DNA of 57,012 nt, the filler included, from Sphacelaria rigidula (lineage: Eukaryota), in assembly GCA_964200075.2 (NCBI GenBank). It is 8 parts of 8 records of this genome, joined end to end, with 100 filler letters (N's around TTAATTAATTAA, not from the genome) between each part and the next. Parts side by side here need not be neighbours in the genome. Positions count along the whole stretch, not along the records: positions 21,418 to 28,456 come from CAXNAA020016818.1; positions 28,557 to 35,595 come from CAXNAA020016819.1; positions 35,696 to 42,734 come from CAXNAA020016820.1; 5 more parts are not named here. One strand, given 5' to 3'. The translations under genes and the position numbers were made by a program. The notes under the pieces were generated by a model. That model saw only the letters and a program-made list of their open reading frames with translations, ran no database searches and was not told the origin of the DNA. Below, piece after piece: positions 24,549 to 35,757 of the stretch. Within the stretch, counting starts at the first letter, position 1. Every line of letters starts with the position of its first letter.

Positions 24549-26057
24549 AGGTGTATCTACCCTCTACAGAACACAACCTTGCAAATTTTCATGTGCGACC
24601 AAAGCAATCGCACGGTTGAGATGGTACACTGACGTAAAAGACACGCTTCATACAAAAATGTGCACACATATTCATGATCAGAAGTCATCCGAATTTGGAA
24701 CAGCGCCCGGGCAAAGTCAAGTTGTGGCCATCAGACACTTACCCTCGAGGTACCAGACACCGCTGTTGCTCGCCAGCACGCAGCTTGTACAGCTTGTTCG
24801 GACATCAAACGCCGCGACCAGGGCATCAAATGTGTCTCGGTACTGCAGTATACTTCAGGAGTCGGTTCCGTGGCCTATGAACCTGAACTGGTCGATAAAC
24901 GCTTGCCGATCATCTTCGGGCACTTTTTTTTTTTTTTTTTTATTTTTTTGATCATCTCACACCAGATTAGAGTCGGTAAACCCGCGCCCTCCCAAAGCCC
25001 AACAGGCCACTGTTTTGCACGCCGATGCTGAGTTTGTACAAGTATTTTTGTATACACAAAACGCTGACCTCAGTATGCCCAGTTTGTTTCTCTGTGAGTT
25101 GCTTTCATGGCCCATCTGTGGCACCAGACAAGCTGAGACGTGGGTCTTTATGATGACTTTAAGTGTGGCGGTACTGTACTGTAGATTGAAACCGTCACAC
25201 CCGTTCGTTTCGGCCTCAACTATATCACGGGCGGTATGTGCTGTGTCAAGATGCTGGAAGAAGGCACGAAAGCGCTTTCAAGACGACACGCATGATTCGC
25301 AGTTCTACTACATGTGATTAAACCTTCGCCAGAGGTCACGCAGAAATCATAGCAACGCTTTGGAACTGTGCTCTCCCTTTCTCTCTCTCATTTTCCTTTT
25401 CCTTTTTCGGTTCCAACCACCTATGATTGTCCTTTTTTTTTTGCCGTCCTTCTCCTTTCATGGGTTGCCTTCACGAGCGTTCTGTTCACTTACCTTGGGT
25501 GCGTGCGTCTACGGTTTGACTGGCCACGGCTGTACGAGTCATAACGGCTCGGATAACATGCAACAGTCTATCTAGCTATCAATCGATGAATCAATCGACC
25601 AATCGAAGTGCATCTGGGTGGGGATCTCTCGCGCAGTCGTTTTCGGCCTTGCGAGGGAGCGACTGTACGGCGCAAAATCTTTCAGGACAAGACGAACGAA
25701 AAAGCGCCCTCGTGATGGCAACATTGCTTTCTCTGCCTTTGTTCGTATCGTCTTAATCTAAACACGTCCAACACGTTTCGCTGCTGACAGTCCGGAGAGG
25801 GGAAGAGCCATTTTTTTTCTCCAGCCGTGTTTTTGTCCAGAGGCCGTTTTGAAACCTCGGAGCCAAGCGAATCTGAGAAGCGGGCTACACTCCTCTCGGT
25901 GGGGCGATGCAATCTGTCCAAGGCGCGTGGTGGCGATATTTCCTGTTTAAGGGCCACAAAACCGTGTTAGAGGTACCAAAAGTGGAAAATACGACGCCAA
26001 AACAGTACGAATCGTAAGAAACAGTCTAACATATCTGGAGGTATTCCAAGAAAAAAT

Positions 26058-26490
26058 TGTGTCGAAAATTGCCTTTTTGATCCTTCTCCGTCGTTTTACG
26101 CCCGAAAAGAGGGCTAGGCAGAGGTCGACACCTTGGAATGACTTGCTCCAGTCGTTGAGACCGTTTCAGATTTCAGGGCACATTTGCGTTTCCCTGTGTC
26201 CACAGTTTCCTTTCACCAAACTTGCATTGTCAATAACAAACGGTCAAGTTGTAAAAAACAAAGGGGAAATTGCCAGTTTTCTTGTAACTTGACCGTCTGT
26301 TGTTGACAAGGCAAGTTTGATAAAACAAAAAACTGTCGACACCGGAAAACGCAAAGGTGCCCTGAAACCTGAAACGGTCTCAGCGATTAGACCAAGTCAT
26401 TTCAAGGGTGTCAACATCCGCCTAGCCCTCTTTTCGGGCGTAAAACGACAGAGAAGGACGAAAAGGGCAGTTTCAACTGTTTTCGACACA
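26058..26490. repeat. Long palindrome / foldback element (~200-bp arms, ~16-nt loop)
   Basis: 26058-26259 is the reverse complement of 26276-26490 along its whole length (e.g. gtcgttttacgcccgaaaagagggctaggc / gcctagccctcttttcgggcgtaaaacgac), roughly 85% identical by eye. Confidence 0.92.
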
Positions 26491-28391
26491 TGATGAGTGG
26501 CCAATACTGTATAGAAACTAAAAAAAAAGGCAATACATTTTGCCGATTAATGTATTTTGGGTAGTTACCGTGAACCAGCTCATATATACTGTACGAATAA
26601 TGTATTACTCGAGAAAATCTTCCCGGTGGCTGCACATCCACCTATGAAACTTGGCACACTAGTTCGATACTACACAGACAGGTGGCACGTGCTCCAACAT
26701 GCACCAACCGGCGGCACGTTCGGATCCCCACGCACGAAAATAGCACCGTGAGTTGCGATTCTTCGTCAAACTATCGAAGCCTAACTAAAACCCCGCTCTT
26801 TGCAGACAGAACTTCGTTCACCTTGAGTTAATGCATATGTAGACACACGGCTGCAAGAGATTACACATTATATGGAGCAGGGCGCCACCCATGCGGGCGA
26901 ACAACACCCGTCTGTGCTGTCATACACTCTAGATAATTACTTCATGTACGAGAATAATCCGCATATCACTTGCACAGGTTCTCACCTTGCTCGGTACCAC
27001 CGCACACGCGCTAACGGGGCTGCAAGGCACAGAAACTTTTCCTGCATGTCCTCTGACGCACAGTACTGTACCGCCAACAAGCTCATATCCAAAGCATTGG
27101 AGCTACGCCTTGCAGCAGTGCTCAAGGGGGTGAAGAGAGGTCGGATTGTGTTCCGAGTTTTCTTCTTCGGGCGCAACATTGCAGAAAATGAGACGACACG
27201 ACATTACACTACTGTCTGTCTGGAGCAACAGTATGTTGAGGACGCAGAAAAGGTTGAACCTGACCCGCCCCTGTATCATGGTTTTCCAATACTGCCTTGG
27301 TGGAGATGATACTCCCACGAGGCCAAACCCCCCGAAGAAGAGTAGTCAGTTTTCCTCGCACCCTGAGCAATGATCCAGTACTGCTGTTGTCATCATGCTG
27401 TTTTTTCTTCCCCTTGACGTGAGGAGCAACCATTGTCCGGCCAACTTTGCAGTTTGGATTCTGCGGGGACCAGGTGGTTTTATCAACAGATGCGGATGTC
27501 GTCCTGCACACGAGATATGTAAATACAAGTAACCAGTCATTGTCCTATGCACACACAGACGCTCGTCAGCAACATAAAGCACATGAACGCACACATACAC
27601 ACCTATCATCATTCCCGTGGGTGACATGTAAACCTTGGTCGAAAACGGCTTCATGTGGTATCAGATCATAGAGCCCCGAAGAAGAAGTCGACCAACTACC
27701 CGTAACCGCGTCGCCTGAGGGCCACTTCTCCAAATGATGCAGATCGTCCAGCGGATATACTCTGGTAGTTGCCATGAATATGTGTCCCTTGATTGGATTT
27801 GTGTCGATGTGCAGCGATACGCGTAGACAGAAGGTACTCTCCCAGTGTGTTCGTTCACTGGGCCGTTATCAGGAGTGATATGCATGATCCCACTTGAAAT
27901 AGTTTAATTACATTGAATTAAATTCAACCTTGGTCATATTCTGCGCCACAAAGGGTAAAAACGTAAGACACCGTACTCTATACCAGGTACTACTGACTGG
28001 CGGCATCCCAACGCAGCGGCGATTTGGTGCCGAACATATGGGGACGTGCCTTTCGCTGTACCAGGGATTCAGCAACAACCCATTGCCTGGACGAAAGGCC
28101 TGAGTATGAACAACACGTGTAGTGCATCTGCTTTGTCATAGTACAGTGTCACGACATATACTGTTGTAGCGTGAATAATCCTCTGAATATGTTGGGGAAA
28201 TGCTGTGCGGTCCGTACGCTTGGTGGCTGTGCATTCTTCCCTTTCCTACTTCATATGTACCCCCATGAGAGTAACACCGAGTATGGGATACAGATCATGC
28301 AATATATATCCCCTATGAGTCCCTGACGGAGGTACCTGTGATACTGAAGTTACGCCCATTTAAAGGGTATAAAGTTATGAAGATGTTAAAA

Positions 28392-28456
28392 GGGGGGGGG
28401 AGGGGGGGGCGTTCTCATGTGTTGCTTACCTTAGTCGTCTGACCATTGACCACGCA
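28392..28456 (-). mobile_element. LINE 3' end (family A) with C-rich tail, cut by the contig end
   Basis: tgcgtggtcaatggtcagacgactaaggtaagcaacacatgagaacg followed by C8-T-C9. Confidence 0.8.
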
Positions 28457-31400
28457 NNNNNNNNNNNNNNNNNNNNNNNNNNNNNNNNNNNNNNNNNNNN
28501 TTAATTAATTAANNNNNNNNNNNNNNNNNNNNNNNNNNNNNNNNNNNNNNNNNNNNGTTGTCCATACCGGAGTCCACGAAATGTACTGGATGAACACAGG
28601 ACCTTGGGAAGAGGGTGGTACTGTAGTGTTATCACGGATGTTTGGTTCACATACATAGTACAGGGTGGGGTCGGATGATGTACAGTCAACACCCAGGTTG
28701 GGCACAAAACAAATGTGCTGCACGGTGAGCATATTTCAAGACAACAAGAGACGGTCAACATTAGCTACTAAAGAATTAAAGGCCGACGGTACATGCGGCG
28801 GGGTGAGTGTAGCGAAAGGATGCACGTTGATACAGTGCCGGTGGTGGTAGAAACGAGTTGGTAGTTGATAATGTACGGGCAGCTCATGTGGGAAAATGTA
28901 ACGGGGGCAGGACAGTCACGGTATAAATTGGACTCTAAATGATGAATCGCATCCGCTACAGAGTAGACGGGTATTATTACTTGGGCGGGTGCCACAAAGA
29001 GGCAGATGGGACGAGCAGGTGGGGATGGTGAGGGGGCACGTGCTATTGTTCGCGTACGTTCGCGTCGGAGTCGGCGCAGGGTGCGAGCGTCTAGTGTATT
29101 AGAGGCCCTTGAACTCATGTCGTCAGGGATAGATGACAGAGCAACGGCTACAGACGGCTAGACGGTGAACAAACAAAATAGATGCGCATGCAAGGCACAC
29201 AGGAGTAGTGTAGTATACACGACAGCTCGGCAGTCCGAACACAACGCAACTCAAAACAAATAGTACAGCAGAGGCAGTGCGGGAGCTCCAACTGTGATGT
29301 GATAAGGGTGAGGCACCTTGAGAAGGGTGTAATGGTGTTCACCACGATTGATTCCAGGTTCAGACCTCTGTGCACGTTGGTTATTTACTCAGCTCAGCAG
29401 CGCGGGCTGACCACAGTAGCTCTCGTGTTGCATCCACAAGGAGACAACAAGAAAATACAGACAAGGGTAGCACCGGGGTCTTTTTACGCAATGGATTGCA
29501 TCCAAGCTTCATCTACAGAACAAGAAAACACAACACAAACCGAAACAAGCCGAAGCCTCAATCAATAAAACACACCAGACAAAACAGAAGCCCGACTACT
29601 GCTCTTATCTCTGGGACTCACTTTCTCGCGGTTTGTAGATACCCCAATGGGGAAACTGTTGAATTGCAGCCAAAAACCGGGAATGAGAAGAGAGTGACGC
29701 TCGTTGGAACTGCTTACAGCTTCAAACGTGTTTCGCCGCCCCCTAATCGTCATAAACTGAGGTCATACCATAAAATCCAAGAGCCGAGCTCTTCAATACA
29801 TGCCATGGTTGGGTCACTACTTCTTTTTTCGAATTCAAACACATGCTCTCCGTAGAATGTCAACTCAAGGGGCAGCCAATTTTCCGCTATTTGAATATGA
29901 AAATGTCCATCATTCAATGTCACCGTTGCCCGACGTCCTGCAGTCACATCATATCACACTGGCCTCCAATGGGTAAAGCAATCGCAGGAGAACGCAGTGG
30001 AACGAAGTTGCTTTACCCACACATTCCATTCCCCCACACCACAGAAAAAAGAAAGCAAAACAAGATACCACAATAAAGAGAAAAAACAAGCCGGTAGTAC
30101 ATCCGCTTCAAAACCGTAATAAAATGCTTGACTGCTATCATGCGAAGGGGAAATTATGTCTCAATACACAACCAGTTCCGTTGTGAGAGTTTTTTCAAGC
30201 AGCCCGCCAAGGCATTTCACAGTGCCGGGGAAGCACAAACGATCGTACACTTCTTTCATCAGTAGAACCCAACGGTGTTGGATGCTCAAGCGGGAAAAAA
30301 AAATCGCTGAGCGGAAGACACCGGAACCCAAAATCAACATGCAGCCGTGGGGCAACATGATGCACCAACATGACGAGGAAGGGCGGCCCGTCGAATTGAA
30401 AAGGTGCCTGTATCGTCCCGCAAAGCGTCAAGGAATAACACACAACCGTAGGAGATAAATCCAAGGCGGGTAATCCGATGCGTTCGTGGTGAACCACGAC
30501 AAGTATACAGAAAGAGGGGGAAATGCGGCCTGCTCTTAGATACGTGCCCGTTCAGACGAGAAAATCGAGAGGGTGTGCATACAAATGGAAGGATAAACTC
30601 CCGCCGAGCACATCAATGCAATAATTCGCCAGCAATAACCCTACAACAATAAACGGACCACCGTACTGGTTTCCGAAGCGGCGGACTGGATGTACGACGT
30701 TGAGACTACGGAAAACAAAACGATTTTTTGGCGGACTGGTGTTGGGCGGAATATAGCCGAGCAACGGCATTGAACATAATCCAAGAGAAAAGAAATATCC
30801 CCGAACATGGGACAACTGGTACAGAGAACAATTACAAAGAATCTGCGACGGTACTCAAGAAGAGGGCTTGTTGGATATGCAACACATAACCCGGTCATCG
30901 AAAGCCAACGTGAGTCAAACGGTATTAAGCTGTCAAAAAACAAACACACACACAAAACAAAGAAAAGAGTCGGGGGGGAACGAATAACAGTGTTCGCCGA
31001 AAGAGCCAGTCCGTTGGAGAGGTTGATGGCGGACGTGGTTGGGCAATCGCGCACACCGGGCATTTGCCCCGGAAAGGAGTTGGTACGGGACGTGCTGAAG
31101 AATACCAACGGTGTGCGTCGGCCGCCTCCGAATACAAACAAAAACAAAAACCAAAGACAAAAACAAGGAAAACAGGTGATCATGCAAGGTAGGAAGCAGG
31201 GGAAACAAAAGAAAACAGAAAACAAAGAAAACAAAGAGAACAAAGGAAACAAAACAAAAATAAAAACAAAAAAAAACAAAAAAGCTAACAAAAACGAGGG
31301 GAAAAGAGAACACAAAAGCTTCATACAGGAACAGGCATACGCGGCAACGGTTCACTACAGAACACAGACATACGCGGCTACTGGGTACTGCCGAGGGAAA

Positions 31401-31543
31401 CGTGGGCAACCGGGCTACACGGTATTCGAGGAAACGAGACCACGAGAGGACAAGGAAAAGCAGGGGGGGGTTCTTGAAAGAAAAAAACACGACGAGACCA
31501 GAGGGACGACGATTGGCGATAAGGAAAAACGCAGACAACCGAC

Positions 31544-34500
31544 TCACAACGCTACTTGAGAGAACGACACCAACGACAAGACAAGGGGAAAAAAAAAACA
31601 GAGGGATTTCAAAGAACACGAAAAAACTCGGAAGAAACGCAATTCACTATCAAGGTTATTCCGTGTCCCCGCCGTGTCGGGGTTGCGCAAGACAGCTGTG
31701 TCGATGTCCCCTTTGTCATGTCGTTGTAGGCACCAAGATCCCCGGCGAGCGGTCGGCATCTCGGTGTAGTAATCGTCGTGGAGACGGATCTTGAGAGGAC
31801 CCGGATCATCGAGGAAGCGGGTGTAGTAGGAATCATCCGCCTCAGGATCTATCAAATGAATCTTCCCCAGCCACCACCGCGAATCCATAGCCCTGTACCA
31901 AAAATATGCACCTTCCGGCAAACGTTTCTTCGAAAAAGAGCGCAGGTATTGCGAACGAGAAATGAGACTATAGCCCGAAATGACAAATCGTGCCGAGTGT
32001 TCTCGGCCCAGTTCACGAGCTGCTGCGCCTTTTCGCTTGGACCTATATCGTTTGTTCAACGGGCGGTGTTGGACGACATCTCCGACCCAATATAAAAGTA
32101 TCTCTCTTCGAAAATGACGCAAATCCTCCTCCCGTTCCCACGTAACACGCATGAGGCCTTTCCAGTGTGTCTGATACATAACCGCAATTTTACCGCCTCG
32201 ATCTCGGACTAATTGATGGCCCGAGATACGATCTACCACTACACGTTCAAGAGGACCGTCAGCGTCTTCAACCGTCATGTGGTACGGTGGGGATGTCGCC
32301 GCATACCTGGTTAGCACATACTGACTGAGCCCCATAGGCAATTGCTTGGGCATATCACTAGTGTCGTGAGGGGGCAGACACGGCTTGCACCGAAGCATCG
32401 AGACCCGGTTTTTGGGTTTGACGCCAGGTTCATCTGTGGGAAAATCCAGATACAAAAGCTTCTCACCTACTGGTTCATCGTCAGGTGCGGTATCACAGGG
32501 TCCAACTGCCAAAATCTTCCAAGGACCACTCCAATTCAAGCAAAGCTTCGACTTCAACACCTTATCCGACGACGACTTAGCAGAGCTTGCACCTTGGGTT
32601 ACAGTTCTCACATCGTTATACACCCATGCCCATTCACCTACTTTCCACACCGGACGGTTGTTCACGGCATCATCCAACACGTTGTTTGCCTTAGCTACCT
32701 TTGCTGCGTTGATCAAGTTCTGCTCCCGTACCACATATGCAAGACGAAGGCGATTACTAACAGACATATGATACTCCACAATATCTCGATCCAAACTCTG
32801 ATGACCACCAGGGGGTTTCCTGTCGATAACTGTCAATGGCAGCCTGGGCATACGACCAATATGAACTTCATTGGGAGCCAAGCCTGTGGCGGCATTGACG
32901 GAGTTGTTGTAGTTCATTTGGACAAGGGCTAAGTGCAGGTTCCAGTCCGTTTGTCGCTCATTGGTCACTGTGGCAAGCATTTGCGCCATCGTGTGATTAA
33001 GTCGTTCGGTCCCACAGTTTGTGGACAGATGGTATGAACTAGTAAAAATACGATGGGCACCCAGGAGATTACTGATCGCGGCAGAACGTTTGCCGGCAAA
33101 ATGTGGGACGTTATCGGATAACAAACGTTTGGGGACACCCCACTGAGGGACGCATGTGTACACAAGGACGTTGGCAGTCCCTTCTGCACTATAGTTGGCC
33201 TCCGAAACAGCATTCATCACAGCATGTCGATTGAACCGATCCGTAAACAACGAAATGTAGTTGTTACCACTATCAGTGAGGGGCAGGGGGCCAAATCAGT
33301 CCCATAAAACTATTTCACCAGGCCCATGGAAGAGGGGCATAGAGATTACCGGCCATCCAACGGTTTGACGCGAAGTTTTGCGTGCTTGGCAAAGAAGACA
33401 CCGCCGAACCCACCAACGCACACATTGGTCCATACAAATCCACCAAAAAACAAACACTGAAGCATCTGGGAGGTCCTAGCGACGCCCAGATGTGTGAATG
33501 CTTGTGAGTGGCATTCATGGAGAACCCATGGATGCAGAAGCATCGGAATATTAATACGTACGGGGGCATCACCCAACAAGCGGGCGTGACTACTTGTAGG
33601 TTTCCCTCCAGGAGGGTTCCTGGGGGGGGGGGGCGTACTCATTTGTTGCTTGCCTTAGTCATTTGACCATTGACCACGCATCCCTTTCGAGACGGAGCAC
33701 CTAAGGCTTCCTGGGGGGGCAGTGGACTAAAAGAACAACGCCACCATCATCCGTATAAAGTATGCCTTTACGCGATAATTCAGTAACTTCATCCTGTGTG
33801 GGGGCTCGGTGGGGCCCTACTGGCAAAAGGAACTCAGTTTCTGGAAAGGGGGAGGGGCATCCTTTGGAAAGATAATGTATAACTGCTCTACAAGCAGGTT
33901 CAGCTTGCTGTTCCCGGGCCCAATCGGCATGAGAAAAGAGGGTCAGTTCCTTGAATACACCGTCGGAGGGGTTGTCCAAAACGCAGGGGATCAAATCGCT
34001 GTGGGATGGACACGAGGCGTTATTTGGATCAAGGGCAGAAGGGGTGGTCAGTGTATTCTCAAGCGGAACGTTCACCTCTATTCCTACGTTGTGGAGAGTG
34101 TCGGATGGTGTGGTACCGGAGGTGATACCATCACGGGGTGGAGGAGGCACAGTCGAGGACTCGACTATGGTGGGCAGAGGTGGTTTGGAAGGTGTCGATT
34201 TTCTGGGGGCTTTGCGCCGTGGAGGTAGCGGGGGCGCAAGGAGGCTATCGGGGACTTGAATGGGGTTGGGGATTGGGAGGTCTGGGCCGGCTGCTGCCAG
34301 GGCGGCAGCCGTTTTCGCGGCCCGGCGTCCTCGGGTCCGGCTCGAGATGAGGTCTCGGACTTGAACCGGGAGGACGCAGTCAATAGAAACCGGCTCTACA
34401 GTGCAAATCATCCGATGACCAGACGCACGAAATTAATCATACCCGCCGGCATTTGCATGAATTTCACTCCTAACTGAACACAACGATCGTGGGGCCAAAC

Positions 34501-35595
34501 TGCCCAATACAGAAGCGTGAGCCGAAGGCGTCAGCTTATTTTCAACAAGTGCCGAGTTGTGGTTCAATAAGAGTGGAGTATAGAATCCGCGATGACCATT
34601 TGTGCTTATGAAATATACAATGTCTTCGGTGGGGTCTGTGACGCGACCCAAGGCAAAGTTATCGATGGGTTGGGCTGGTAAGGGCAAGCGTGACAGGAAG
34701 TTGGCGTTTGCGTTTTGGGTACCTGTGCGGTACTTCAACGTGAAGCTGTAGGAAGACAGGATTTCAAACCAGCGTTTAACCCGGGCATTGTGTTCCGCCA
34801 TTTTGGCGAGGTTTTCCAAAGACTTATGATCTGTATAAATCAAAAACGGGAGGTCATACAAATACTGCCGGAGCCGGCGCACTCCCCAAACAATTGCACC
34901 TGCTTCTTGTTCCATAATAGACCAGTTCTGTTCGTTTGGGTAGGTGGTTCGGCTCAGATATATAATGGGGCGAGCACTAGCATCGTATTGTTAATGTTCC
35001 AGTGTGCAGCCAAACCCAATTTTCGAAGAATCTGTGTGCAGTCGGAACGGACGGGAGCCATTTTCAGCAGCTGACCAGTCTGGAAAAAGCAGAATTGGTG
35101 GCTTTGACAATGTATCGAGCTGCTCTCGTATAATGTTTTCCATTTTCGACGTGAACACGAATTTCACCCCCTTCTTGAGGGGGGTGGTGAGAGGTTTTAG
35201 AGCTTGGGCTAAATTGGGCAGATATTGACGGTAGTAACTCAAACCACCCGGTAAAGAGCGCAGTTGACAGACATCGCGTGGCATGGGCATCTCTTTAAGT
35301 GCGGCAACTTAGTCGAGGTTGGGGCTACGACCGTCAGGGCTGATACAATGGCCTAGGAACTCGATGCGCGTGGCTCCAATGCGGGATTTAGATGGGGCGA
35401 GCTTCAAATTGTGTTGTTCAAAACGAGCAAAGAAGGACGCCAAATGTTCGACGTGTTCAGCAGGTGTACTGCCGTGAACCACCGCATCGTCGAGGTACAT
35501 GCGGCATTTGGACAGTCCATCAATGACGCGAAACATCACACGTTGAAACGCTCCTGGGGCGCCGGCGGCACCTTGTGGAGTGACCAGCCACTCAT
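31544..35595 (-). mobile_element. Ty3/Gypsy LTR retrotransposon pol (RT-RNaseH-integrase-chromodomain plus extra C-terminal domain), degenerate, 5' part cut off
   Basis: RT: PQGAAGAPGAFQR...YLDD...IEFLGH. RNaseH: FRLHTDSS, EQEAGAIVW, IYTDHKSL. Integrase: HECH..HLG, LLSDN..HF, GTERLNHT, WSGPWKI (GPY/F). Chromo-like: VDRISGHQ..YQTHWKG..TWERE. The RT-RH-IN order is Gypsy. Several stops and frameshifts. Confidence 0.95.
33629..33703 (-). mobile_element. 75-bp 5'-truncated LINE 3' end (family A) inserted in Gypsy pol, with 16-bp TSD
   Basis: Flanked by agggttcctggggggg (33613-33628) and aggcttcctggggggg (33704-33719). Removal restores Gypsy HCPPR(N/K)PPGGKP. Confidence 0.9.
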
Positions 35596-35695
35596 NNNNN
35601 NNNNNNNNNNNNNNNNNNNNNNNNNNNNNNNNNNNNNNNTTAATTAATTAANNNNNNNNNNNNNNNNNNNNNNNNNNNNNNNNNNNNNNNNNNNN

Positions 35696-35757
<62 letters not shown>
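35696..35757. repeat. (AAT)n microsatellite
   Basis: About 20 perfect units. Confidence 0.97.

Noticed and set aside
24522-24552. Strict target consensus C-run+AGG for the poly(C) LINE
   Set aside because: Seen in three copies (13745, 24549, 33621) but not in three others (2169, 2262, 28392); the sample is too small to claim it.
30641-31619. Long ORFs (227-250 aa) on both strands
   Set aside because: They arise from A/C-rich low-complexity sequence lacking stops; the K/N/Q- or F/L/V-only composition has no domain.
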